NCBI GenBank assembly: GCA_964236955.1
Contig: CAXSGP010000032.1
Location: 1-46,376 of the forward strand
Length of the DNA stretch: 46,376 nucleotides
Direction of reading: 5' to 3'
DNA from: an uncultured Oligoflexus sp.
GTDB taxonomy: Bacteria; Bdellovibrionota_B; Oligoflexia; Oligoflexales; Oligoflexaceae
Shown: positions 19,667 through 28,548 of the stretch, piece by piece
Layout: every line of letters starts with the position of its first letter
Position numbering within the stretch: position 1 is the first letter of the stretch
Made by a program: the position numbers and the translations under genes
The notes under the pieces: model-generated
Told to the model about the DNA's origin: nothing
What the model saw: only the letters and a program-made list of their open reading frames with translations
Database searches by the model: none

Positions 19667-22261
19667 ATGTTACTCCGAGCAAGAATTGCTATCCTTGGGT
19701 TTGCGGCCCTAATAAGTGCTTGCTTTGTCACACCCGTTCATTCCCTGGGGCAGGTGGAAACTCCAAATACCGAGCTTCGTATCACTCAGCCGACCACTGT
19801 AACGCCGATCAAGAGCGTTTCAGCCTATGATGCCAACTCCACAGCTCCCATGCAGGTTGATGGACCATCGGGATCTCTTTCCGGTTCGTCGATTACCATG
19901 GCTCCTGGTTCGCTGTCCCTATCGGTGGATCTTGTTATAGAGGAATCCGTTCCCCTGTCCGAGACATCGGTCACTTCATCCCTCACCCTTCGTCCCGACC
20001 TCACTGTAACGCCAGTGGGTGCAGGTTTAATTATTCGCCCAACCAGCGATGTGGATCTGAGCAAACCTTTGCAAATTGCGATGCCGCTTGGCGTGGGCGC
20101 AAGCCTTGCTCTGGCCAGTGGCAAGAACTATGCGGTTTTCTACAAATTCTATCAAAGCGGTGAATTAAAAGCCGGCGTGATTCCGCCTACAGAACTGACC
20201 CTTAATGACAGGAATCAAATCCTTTTCGAAGGTTATTTCGGTGCCTATTGGCTTTGCGAAACCAACTTTCCTCTGGATGCCAAGCACGAGGTTAAAACCC
20301 AGGAACCGCTGGTGAACGTGAGTCACGTTACGGTTATTGAAAATGGCGGTTATGTTCCGGAAACGATCGTGGCCGCAAAGGCTAATATTCCAGAGGCAAA
20401 ATGGACAAGCCTGGCTTTGACTCTGGATGCCGCGTCCCGCAGCGTCAAGCTCTCCGGAGCTGTTGATAACGATCATAAAGTATCCGGATGTCTGGCTGAA
20501 ATCACGGAAAATTCTGACGGCCGACCGCTTGTTTTGGTCGATGTCGTGGGTGAGCCTATTTATTACTATAAGGCCGCGGATCGGGCCGAACATAGGGTCA
20601 AAGGACGCTTTCGATGCATCGATCAAGAGGCTCGCTCAACTGTCTCACTCTGGACGGATTGGCAGATAATTCCAGCGGTCCCCGAGCTGCTGAAACCTTT
20701 GGTCACGGAAGCGCCCATCTTTAACTATGCATCGGGGGCTTATGCCTCGCCTCTGACGCTGTCGATCACAACCAGCAGTCCTGGGGCAGTGATCCGCTAC
20801 ACGACCGATGGGAGCGATCCGACTGCGACGAGTTCGGTCTATTCAACAAATATCTATTTAAGCTCAAATGCAAATATCAAGGCAGTCGCCATGAGGCCTG
20901 GTATGCTGACGTCGAGCATAGTTTCGGGCACGTACACATTCTCATTCACAGCCTCAACCACTGTCACTACCACTACGGCGCCGGCGGTGACAACCGCTCC
21001 TGCCCAACCCAATGTCTCTTTAGCATCAGGATATTACAATGGCTTTGCTGACGTTTATCTCAGTTCCGAGCTTGGCAGCATAACCTACTATACGGTCGAT
21101 GGAACGCAACCAACCCTAGCCAGCAACGTTTATATGGGGCCTTTGCATCTTTTAGCGACTACTTATTTAAGGGCAGTAACGATTAAAAATGGCCTTTCTT
21201 CTGCCGAAGCCACCGCCTCCTATTCGATCAGTCAGACTCCAGTTGCAGCCGTTACTTTCTCTCCTGCAGGGGGATCCTATGCTACCGCGCAATCCGTGAT
21301 CCTCACATCGACGACCCCCGGCGCCGAGATCCATTATACAACGAACGGCTCAACCCCAAGTCTTACGAGTACGATCTACACAGGTAGCTTTCCGATCAAT
21401 CAATCCCAATCCGTGCGGGCCATCGCCGCGAAGTCAGGCTATGCCACTTCCAGTGAAACCTACGCCTCCTACACCCTTCCTACGCCCATCGATCCCGTTC
21501 CTCCAACGGTTACGGCCATGTCCTTCGATTCACCCTACTTCGATACCGAGTATGGACCGGCAACCGTAGGCCTTAATATAACGATCGCCGATAATTTTGC
21601 TTTGCCCGGTGCCTCGATGCAGAACTTCGAACTCTATATGGCGAATGGAAGTCAGGCGCTTTTTTTCACCGGCTACACTTCCCAGGCGTTAGCCGGTGCC
21701 ACGGATACATCAAGGACCTTCCACATCAGCAATGACCTTCCCCGATTGAGCGCAAACGGCGACTGGACCCTGCAATCTCTCAAAATTTATGATGGAGCGG
21801 GCAATATTTCAACTTTGTACCAGGCGGATCTGACAAGCTATCAGACCTTCGTCACCAATCAGGCTACTTTCGGCGATTCAACCTCACCGGCATTGGTAAG
21901 CTTGAGCTTTTCGGCTTCGACAGTTCACACGGCAACGGCGGCAGCACCCCTGACCATGACGATAAGAATCACTGACGACTATGCGCTGCCGCCTGTTGGT
22001 GGACTTGCTTATGAAGTCTATCTTAAAGATGCAACGGGAACTCAGACGCTTAGTTTTGTCCACTATGCGACAGCTGGTGACCAGACCTATTTAAGCGATC
22101 GCACTCTGCAGATGACTTCCGAATTGCCCATAGGCAGTGTCCTCGGCAACTGGCACGTGGATTACCTGTTTATCTACGATTCCGTTCGGAACTTTACCTA
22201 TATGGGATCCACGCAGATTGTTGCAGGGGGATTCCAGTCGTTCATCTTGAATGCTCCATGA
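19667..22261 (+). CDS. Large surface lipoprotein with three Fn3-associated/CHB_HEX_C-like repeats and two C-terminal Ig-like repeats
   Basis: Lipobox LISAC; three G.Y...I.YT.(D/N)G..P repeats; two D...P....SF...I.D..ALP...W....IYD repeats. Confidence 0.8.
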   Translation: MLLRARIAILGFAALISACFVTPVHSLGQVETPNTELRITQPTTVTPIKSVSAYDANSTAPMQVDGPSGSLSGSSITMAPGSLSLSVDLVIEESVPLSETSVTSSLTLRPDLTVTPVGAGLIIRPTSDVDLSKPLQIAMPLGVGASLALASGKNYAVFYKFYQSGELKAGVIPPTELTLNDRNQILFEGYFGAYWLCETNFPLDAKHEVKTQEPLVNVSHVTVIENGGYVPETIVAAKANIPEAKWTSLALTLDAASRSVKLSGAVDNDHKVSGCLAEITENSDGRPLVLVDVVGEPIYYYKAADRAEHRVKGRFRCIDQEARSTVSLWTDWQIIPAVPELLKPLVTEAPIFNYASGAYASPLTLSITTSSPGAVIRYTTDGSDPTATSSVYSTNIYLSSNANIKAVAMRPGMLTSSIVSGTYTFSFTASTTVTTTTAPAVTTAPAQPNVSLASGYYNGFADVYLSSELGSITYYTVDGTQPTLASNVYMGPLHLLATTYLRAVTIKNGLSSAEATASYSISQTPVAAVTFSPAGGSYATAQSVILTSTTPGAEIHYTTNGSTPSLTSTIYTGSFPINQSQSVRAIAAKSGYATSSETYASYTLPTPIDPVPPTVTAMSFDSPYFDTEYGPATVGLNITIADNFALPGASMQNFELYMANGSQALFFTGYTSQALAGATDTSRTFHISNDLPRLSANGDWTLQSLKIYDGAGNISTLYQADLTSYQTFVTNQATFGDSTSPALVSLSFSASTVHTATAAAPLTMTIRITDDYALPPVGGLAYEVYLKDATGTQTLSFVHYATAGDQTYLSDRTLQMTSELPIGSVLGNWHVDYLFIYDSVRNFTYMGSTQIVAGGFQSFILNAP

Positions 22262-22730
22262 TCGGCGGCCCGGGATCGGCTAAGCAGGAACCAAGCCTTG
22301 GGAGCCGTCGAGGGCGAGCCGTGGAAGTTAAAGTCTGTTGGTGCCCGGCGACAGCAGCGAGGGTCACAAGGCAAAATCCGCTGCTGAAAATTTGCTCATT
22401 GAATATTGCTCAATGGCATCGCCTTTTTAAGGGCGGAAACGTATCGATTTACCGTTCGTGACACTATATAAGCTTTGCAATGAGGACTTCAATCTTTGGG
22501 ATGCCTATTTTTGGGAAGAACCCTGGGGCAGCTGTCCTTCATTTTAGCGAGGAAGGAACCAGGACGGGAGCGCCAAGCGAAGCGTTTTCAGCATTTTGTG
22601 AACCCGAGCTTTGGCAACGTTGAAGGCCGTCACCTGAGGAGCCGGTCAAAAACCTCGCGGATGGGCTCCCGGCGGTGCCACAGTCAAGCCTCAATGTGTG
22701 ACAAGAGGCCTTTACCTAGAGGAATAAACG

Positions 22731-23321
22731 ATGAAGTTGGGATCTTTGATATTAGGTCTATCTCTTATAAGCTGGAACCTGACCGCTTGCCGCTCCGATA
22801 AAGATGATGCGGTCGTCAGCGAACCCGTTCTGGGCGGAGCCGATGCGACAGCTCATTCCCCTTCGATCGCCACTGATCCCGTGGCTGAAGGCAGCTCTCC
22901 GCTGCTAAATACCTGCTATAAAGGCGATACCTGGACCTGTGCCGTGGAAGCTGCCGTCGTCAGGGAAACCAACCTGCTCCGAAGCAAGCCCCTTATCCAA
23001 AGTTTTGAGTCCTCCTATGTTGCGCGCGGGTGGTCGGAAGCTCAAGCCCAAACCGGTCAATTAAGTCACGATGGATTTCCAGAAAAAAGGCAGGAGGCCC
23101 TGGAGGAAGCCTTTCCAAAAAACTCCTGGCCCTTCTTCGCGGAAAATGTGGCGATGACTCAGGCGAGCGATCCCGATGCAAATAAGATCGCCAAACAGTT
23201 TGTTACGATGTGGAAAGGCAGTCCGGGCCATATGAAGAACATACAGGGCCGCTATCAGTACCTGGGCGTTGGCATCGTTCGACTTGGCAATTCATTCTAC
23301 GCTACTCAACTCTTCCATTAA
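22731..23321 (+). CDS. CAP/SCP-domain lipoprotein
   Basis: Lipobox LTAC; SHDGF, ENVA, WKGSPGHMKNI, GVG, YATQLF. Confidence 0.9.
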   Translation: MKLGSLILGLSLISWNLTACRSDKDDAVVSEPVLGGADATAHSPSIATDPVAEGSSPLLNTCYKGDTWTCAVEAAVVRETNLLRSKPLIQSFESSYVARGWSEAQAQTGQLSHDGFPEKRQEALEEAFPKNSWPFFAENVAMTQASDPDANKIAKQFVTMWKGSPGHMKNIQGRYQYLGVGIVRLGNSFYATQLFH

Positions 23322-23407
23322 AATCATGCTCGCGCCGCCCGAAATTTCTTGTAAATTCCTTATTCGATGCGTACTCAAACTGAGTGAATCGAATAGGGCG
23401 GTGCCTC

Positions 23408-23836
23408 ATGCGACCTCGTTTTGAAGACATCTATATGGATCTGGCCTTCAGCCTGGCGCGTAGGTCAACATGCGCGCGACTCAACGTTGGAACCGTTATC
23501 ACTAGTACGGATTTCCGCAAGGTCTTGGCCGTAGGCTATAACGGCAATGCCACCGGCCTCCCTAACGGCTGTGATCGTGAGGAAGCGGGCAATTGTGGGT
23601 GTCTGCATTCGGAGGAAAACGCCGTGATCAACTGCGATAGCCCCCGCACTATAGAAAAATATGCGTTCGTTACTCACCTGCCTTGTGTCGCCTGCGCGAA
23701 GAGACTTATTAATTTAGGTAACGTCAGGAAAATATACTACGCACAGCCTTATCGTTCCCTTTCCTCAATAGAACTTTTTGCAAGGGTAGGGATTGAGGTT
23801 GTTCCTTTTCCAAATGAAACAGCGACAGTTACGTAA
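23408..23836 (+). CDS. dCMP deaminase / ComEB family zinc deaminase
   Basis: RSTC.R..VG, GYNG, HSEENA (HxE), PCVAC. Confidence 0.9.
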   Translation: MRPRFEDIYMDLAFSLARRSTCARLNVGTVITSTDFRKVLAVGYNGNATGLPNGCDREEAGNCGCLHSEENAVINCDSPRTIEKYAFVTHLPCVACAKRLINLGNVRKIYYAQPYRSLSSIELFARVGIEVVPFPNETATVT

Positions 23837-23864
23837 AAGAATTTTGGCGTGAGGTAACTTTGAT

Positions 23865-23880
23865 CTACCACATATAGTGG
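23865..23880. promoter_or_regulatory. NrdR-box-like palindrome
   Basis: CTACCACATATAGTGG resembles acaCwAtATaTwGtgt; a half-matching ACACTAT starts 32 bp downstream. Confidence 0.45.
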
Positions 23881-23969
23881 TTTAATCGATTCCCTCACAC
23901 TATGCACAAAATTTAAGCAAAATTATTAACATGCTTAAAAGATTGGTATAATTCTTTTCCTTTTCAGGC

Positions 23970-23992
23970 TTATCCACTGGACCTGTGGATAA
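23970..23992. promoter_or_regulatory. Pair of inverted DnaA boxes
   Basis: TTATCCACT (one mismatch, 23970-23978) and TGTGGATAA (perfect reverse complement of TTATCCACA, 23984-23992), 5 bp apart. Confidence 0.65.
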
Positions 23993-24134
23993 CCTATATC
24001 TGTCTTTTTGTCGGTTGATGGGTTTAAGACCTGCCCGTTTAATAAGCTGTTGCGAGAGAATTGGAAATCATTGGATTAAAGTTGAGCGTAGGCACCTCCG
24101 CCACGTATTATAAAAAATCAGACTCGGAGGATAA

Positions 24135-25898
24135 GTGTTGCGATCATTTGAAAAACTTAGCTTTTTAACTATTATTATGATCCTTCTCAGCGCCTGCGGT
24201 CGCGACGAAGCTCAGGTTAAAGCCCCGACGCAGGACCTCCGATTTGCAACGGATCATGAACGGGCCCAAGGCGACGTCGTTCCAAATAGCTATCTCATTG
24301 CCTTCCGCGATACAGCCGGCGCACCCAGTTCAGCAGGTTCTCTCTTACAGATTGATCTGGGTTTGCAGAGTATGCTGCAGAATACCTCGGTCGTGAATGC
24401 TCACCGTGCCATTGCCCGGCTCAACCTCACCTATCCCGGACGCTCGTTTGCGCAGGAATTCCATTTGGATTCCCATCCCTTTCTCAATAGCGGCTTAAAT
24501 ACGCCTGAAGAGTACACCCATCTCACCGAAGTCAGCTTTGAAGACGAGGCGTCGGCGCGACGGCAGATCAGCAGTTGGTATGAGCATAAAAAGATAGTCT
24601 TTGCCGAACCCAATTTTAAGCGCGCTACCCAAGGCGAGGTTGAAGATAAAATTGTTGCGTCTTTTAAAAACAATAATGAAACCCCTTGGCTGGAGCAGGT
24701 GTCCTTTGTCGACGCGATAGAAAAAATTTCGACCATTGGGGTCAAGTCCGAGCCGCTCATCGCCGTCATGGATTCAGGCGTGGATGTGTTTCACCCCAAT
24801 CTGCGGGACTCAATCTACCTTAACGAAGAAGGCCAGAATAAGCAGTGCACCGGTGATATTTATGGCTGCAATACGACCGTGGCCCATAAAGATGATCTGG
24901 GAGACGGTAATGTTTATCCAACCAGCACTTCGGGCTTCGGCGAACGCTGCGCTTCCCAGAGTGGGCAATGTGAGCACGGAACGCACGTCGCAGGAATAAT
25001 AGGCGGCCGTAATTCTACGGAATTTAGCGGCATGTGTCCCTACTGCAAAATTCTGGTCGTCAAGGTCGTCGAAGTCGAAACGAAAGGTGGCGAAGAAAGT
25101 TTTCCTATCAAAGATTCCTCCATCCTGGCTGGGCTCGCCTACATTTCCGGATTCAAAAGTGGGGGTCAGCCCTTGGTCCGAGTGATCAATGCCTCCTTTG
25201 GCAAGTTTGAAAATTCGCGCTCTGTCGAACTCTTCATCAAGGCTCTGAAGAACTTTGGTCGAGGGACGCTGATGATCGCCGCCGCCGGCAATGAAGATAC
25301 CATGAAGAGACAGTATCCTGCTGGTTTTGACGATGTTCTGGCGGTGGCCAATGTCGAAAGCTCCTCGGAAAGACCCTTCAAAAGCGTTTCTTCAAACTTT
25401 GGCATGTGGGTCGATATCGCAGCGCCCGGCGACGGCTTTTGCAGCACGAGCAACGGAATTTTGTCCTCGGTTCCCGGAGGAGGGGCCGAATGCCGCGCCG
25501 GAACGTCGATGGCTTCACCCGTGGTTTCGGGAATTGCGGGCCTGGTGCTCTCGATGGAACCCGATCTAACGGCCCTGCAACTTGAAAATCGGCTTGTTGA
25601 AACGGCGAATCCCAGTAAACTTTATTACGAGGGCATCAATAATTCCTACCGCCCGAATCTTAAGGATGCCGGTAACGTGCCCTTACTGGGCAGTGGGGTT
25701 GTCAATGCCCTGACCGCGATTGATCCCAGTCTTGACACCAATCCGGTTCTGGTCGCTCATCGGCCTGATGCGGTACGTTCGGGCTGCGGCGTGGTGGGCG
25801 GGCGGGCCTCGGGAACCGCCTTCTTATTTTTGATCCCGGCTTTGTTCTGGAGTATGAATGCTCTACGCAGTGTGAATCGTGGGCGTAAAGTCAGATAG
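24135..25898 (+). CDS. S8 subtilisin-like serine protease, lipoprotein, with C-terminal sorting tail
   Basis: Lipobox LSAC; triad VMDSG / EHGTHVAG / GTSMASP; AAGN oxyanion motif; ends SGC-hydrophobic-basic. Confidence 0.9.
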   Translation: MLRSFEKLSFLTIIMILLSACGRDEAQVKAPTQDLRFATDHERAQGDVVPNSYLIAFRDTAGAPSSAGSLLQIDLGLQSMLQNTSVVNAHRAIARLNLTYPGRSFAQEFHLDSHPFLNSGLNTPEEYTHLTEVSFEDEASARRQISSWYEHKKIVFAEPNFKRATQGEVEDKIVASFKNNNETPWLEQVSFVDAIEKISTIGVKSEPLIAVMDSGVDVFHPNLRDSIYLNEEGQNKQCTGDIYGCNTTVAHKDDLGDGNVYPTSTSGFGERCASQSGQCEHGTHVAGIIGGRNSTEFSGMCPYCKILVVKVVEVETKGGEESFPIKDSSILAGLAYISGFKSGGQPLVRVINASFGKFENSRSVELFIKALKNFGRGTLMIAAAGNEDTMKRQYPAGFDDVLAVANVESSSERPFKSVSSNFGMWVDIAAPGDGFCSTSNGILSSVPGGGAECRAGTSMASPVVSGIAGLVLSMEPDLTALQLENRLVETANPSKLYYEGINNSYRPNLKDAGNVPLLGSGVVNALTAIDPSLDTNPVLVAHRPDAVRSGCGVVGGRASGTAFLFLIPALFWSMNALRSVNRGRKVR

Positions 25899-25915
25899 GG
25901 AGTAATGCAATCGTT

Positions 25916-26896
25916 ATGCAAGATGATATCCAATCCAAAGTTGAAGCCGCGGCTGAGTCGACCCAAATCATTCTCGCCACGATAGGCGAACGCGTCGTTG
26001 GGCAAAAAACAGTGATCGAGCGCCTGCTCATGGGTCTCATCGGTGAGGGTCACATTCTTCTCGAAGGCCTGCCTGGTCTGGCAAAAACCACAGCGGTAAA
26101 AGCTTTGGGCGAATGTTCGGAGCTGCAGGTCAACCGCGTTCAGTTCACGCCGGACCTGCTCCCGGCCGATGTCGTTGGAACTCAAATATTTGATCCCCGA
26201 CTTGCCGATTTCAAAGTTAAAAAAGGCCCGATCTTCACGAATCTCCTGATTGCGGATGAGATCAACCGGGCTCCCGCCAAGGTGCAATCGGCCCTGCTTG
26301 AGGCGATGCAGGAACGGCAGGTGACGATTGCCGATCAGACCTATTTCCTACCCAAGCCCTTCCTTGTTCTGGCTACCCAAAACCCTATCGAACAGGAGGG
26401 TACTTATCCTCTTCCTGAAGCTCAGTTGGATCGGTTTTTCTTTAAGCTTAAAGTCGATTACGGCACGCCTGAAGAAGAAATGCTGGTCGTCAAACGCATG
26501 TCTTCGGGTAATCCAAGCCCTCTGAGCAAGGTCGTCAATGCGCGGCAACTTGCTTATTTCCAATCTCTGGTCGGCGAGATTCACGTCGCTGAAAATATCA
26601 GAAAATATATCGTCGATATCGTCTTTGCCACCCGAAGGCCCGCGACTTACAGTCTACCCCGACTGGCAGGCTTGATTCGGGTCGGGGCCAGCCCTCGGGC
26701 TTCGATCAATCTTGAGCGTGCCGCACGCCTCAACGCTCTGTTCCAAGGACGCGCCTACGTCATTCCCCAGGATGTCAAAGATATCGCTGAAGACGTTTTG
26801 CGCCATCGTATTATTCCCAGTTTCGAAGCCGAAGCTGAAAATATATCGACTGAAGAAATGATAACGAAAATCCTCGCTCAGATCCCAGTGCCATAA
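25916..26896 (+). CDS. moxR: MoxR-family AAA+ ATPase
   Basis: GLPGLAKT, RVQFTPDLLPAD, ADEINRAPAKVQSALLEAMQE, ATQNPIEQEGTYPLPEAQLDRF. Confidence 0.96.
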   Translation: MQDDIQSKVEAAAESTQIILATIGERVVGQKTVIERLLMGLIGEGHILLEGLPGLAKTTAVKALGECSELQVNRVQFTPDLLPADVVGTQIFDPRLADFKVKKGPIFTNLLIADEINRAPAKVQSALLEAMQERQVTIADQTYFLPKPFLVLATQNPIEQEGTYPLPEAQLDRFFFKLKVDYGTPEEEMLVVKRMSSGNPSPLSKVVNARQLAYFQSLVGEIHVAENIRKYIVDIVFATRRPATYSLPRLAGLIRVGASPRASINLERAARLNALFQGRAYVIPQDVKDIAEDVLRHRIIPSFEAEAENISTEEMITKILAQIPVP

Positions 26897-26905
26897 GGAA
26901 ATAAA

Positions 26906-27412
26906 ATGCCTTCCAAAGCACCGCATGGGATTTTTGAACTCGCGCCTTCCGCCAGCCTGGGGCTCACCAGCTCCCTGTTTTATTCGGGACTTGTCCTGAT
27001 ACTGGTGCTGGTCGCAGTTGGCGCTTACCTTTATTGGCGCAAGAAGAAAACAGCCTCCTCCTCGCCCATCCTGAGGCTTTCCCCTTGGGAGAGCCTTTCA
27101 GGGGAAATAAAGACCAGCGCCGCTACTCTTTCTTCTTTGGAGGCTGTACGAATCCTTAATCATGCCCTACGACAGGGACTTGAACTGAGATTAAAAGCTC
27201 CCTATACGGCTTTTACCTCTGCAGAAATACTGGCGCATCTTCAAAAGAATTCCGATTTCTCATCGGATTTTCAGGCAGAATGTGCAGAATTTCTCAAGAC
27301 TGCCGATAGAGTCCTGTTTGCCTATCAGGCTTGTCATGATGACGAACGGAGGCGGTGGGAAAGGCAGATCGGGCAATGGCTGAATAGTATGCAAAACGGT
27401 GTAACTTTATGA
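26906..27412 (+). CDS. Single-pass membrane protein, DUF4381-like bat operon accessory
   Basis: TM helix followed by WRKKK; SPWE, FTSAEI and ADRVLFA motifs; position in a bat-type operon. Confidence 0.6.
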   Translation: MPSKAPHGIFELAPSASLGLTSSLFYSGLVLILVLVAVGAYLYWRKKKTASSSPILRLSPWESLSGEIKTSAATLSSLEAVRILNHALRQGLELRLKAPYTAFTSAEILAHLQKNSDFSSDFQAECAEFLKTADRVLFAYQACHDDERRRWERQIGQWLNSMQNGVTL

Positions 27413-28548
27413 AGCCCTTCTCTATTGCTGTGGTTGGTGCGGTGATTGCTCTGCAAAGCGCTATCGCTGAAGCTCGCTCGTTCATGGAACAGTTGGATCA
27501 AAAATTATTCGGCCATAAGAATGATTTGAACTCTGCTTACGAAGCCTATGATGCCGGCAAATTTGATGAAGCCTCCAAGGCCTTGCAGGCTGCTGCCGAT
27601 CATTCGCAAGGATCGCCGCAGCTCTCCTACAATGCGGGCGTAGCGGCCTACAAAGCTGGTAAAGCTGAAGATGCTGTGAAGTATTTCCAGAAGGCGGCGG
27701 CTGGTTCCGATCGAGATTTAAAAGCCAAGGCCCTCTTTAATACTGGGGTTATCCACATTGATAAGAACGACCTGGAAAGCGCGCGCAATGTTCTAAAGGA
27801 AGCCTTGGCGTTTGATAATGAAAATAAAGCGATTCAGGACAATCTGGAGTGGGTCGAGCAGCAGCTGAAAGAGCATCCGCCGCAGCCCAAGGATAAAGAT
27901 CAGAAAAAATCGGCAGACGATCCGCAAAACCAGGCGCAAAACGATAAGCAAAAGCAGGAAAAAGACCAGGGCCAGCAAAAGGACGGGCAGGAGCAAGACC
28001 CCAAGAAGGCAAAAGATCAGCAGGACGCCAGTAAATCCGGCGAGCCTAAAGATCAAAAGAATGCCCAGGATCAAATGTCTGCTGAAGAGAAACAAAAGCA
28101 GGAGAAGGATAAAGAAGGCGGGAACGCTAAAAGCCACGATAAAGATGGCAAGGAGCCGTCGGGCTCGCCTGCGGATAAGGACAAGGGTCTAGCAAAACAA
28201 GGGCAGGATAAGGGTCAAAACGATCAAACCGCCGCGAAAGACGATAAGAGCAATGCTTATGATCAGGCGCAGAAGGATAAAGACCCGAACAAGCCCAAGG
28301 ACCAGGATGCTGCGAAGGCGATGCAGAAAGGGAACGATAAAGATAAAGATCCAGGCCAAGAGGACAAGACTGCCACCCCGGGTCAGGTCCAAACGAACGG
28401 CAGGTCTCAAACAGTCTTGACCCCAGCTGAGTTGAAGCAACAGGAGGCAGAGCGACTGTTGCGTTCCATCGATGATAAAATCGGGCTCTATCCATTAACG
28501 GATACCGAGGCGACAGGCACAAGAGGGAAAGATGGTAAAAATTGGTAG
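27409..28548 (+). CDS. BatC-like TPR protein with Q/K/D-rich tail
   Basis: Signal peptide; TPRs (YNAGVAAYK, LFNTG); DNLE; long KDQ-rich tract; EAERLL and terminal KNW typical of BatC. Confidence 0.8.
   Translation: MKPFSIAVVGAVIALQSAIAEARSFMEQLDQKLFGHKNDLNSAYEAYDAGKFDEASKALQAAADHSQGSPQLSYNAGVAAYKAGKAEDAVKYFQKAAAGSDRDLKAKALFNTGVIHIDKNDLESARNVLKEALAFDNENKAIQDNLEWVEQQLKEHPPQPKDKDQKKSADDPQNQAQNDKQKQEKDQGQQKDGQEQDPKKAKDQQDASKSGEPKDQKNAQDQMSAEEKQKQEKDKEGGNAKSHDKDGKEPSGSPADKDKGLAKQGQDKGQNDQTAAKDDKSNAYDQAQKDKDPNKPKDQDAAKAMQKGNDKDKDPGQEDKTATPGQVQTNGRSQTVLTPAELKQQEAERLLRSIDDKIGLYPLTDTEATGTRGKDGKNW

Noticed and set aside
22359..22620. Resemblance to c-di-GMP-I (GGTCAC..GGCAAA) and c-di-AMP (GAACCCG.GCT) riboswitches
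   Set aside because: Other required elements (GAAA tetraloop and GACGCAAAGC; GGGGTGAATC and CAGCTAAC) are absent.
22496..22801. 101-aa ORF in the intergenic region before the CAP gene
   Set aside because: No motifs, weak TTG start, and an out-of-frame overlap with the CAP gene.
27870..28380. Repetitive AAGGATAAAG/AAAGATCAG tract as a possible array
   Set aside because: Irregular, in-frame K/D/Q low-complexity coding sequence typical of BatC; no repeat-spacer periodicity, so not CRISPR.
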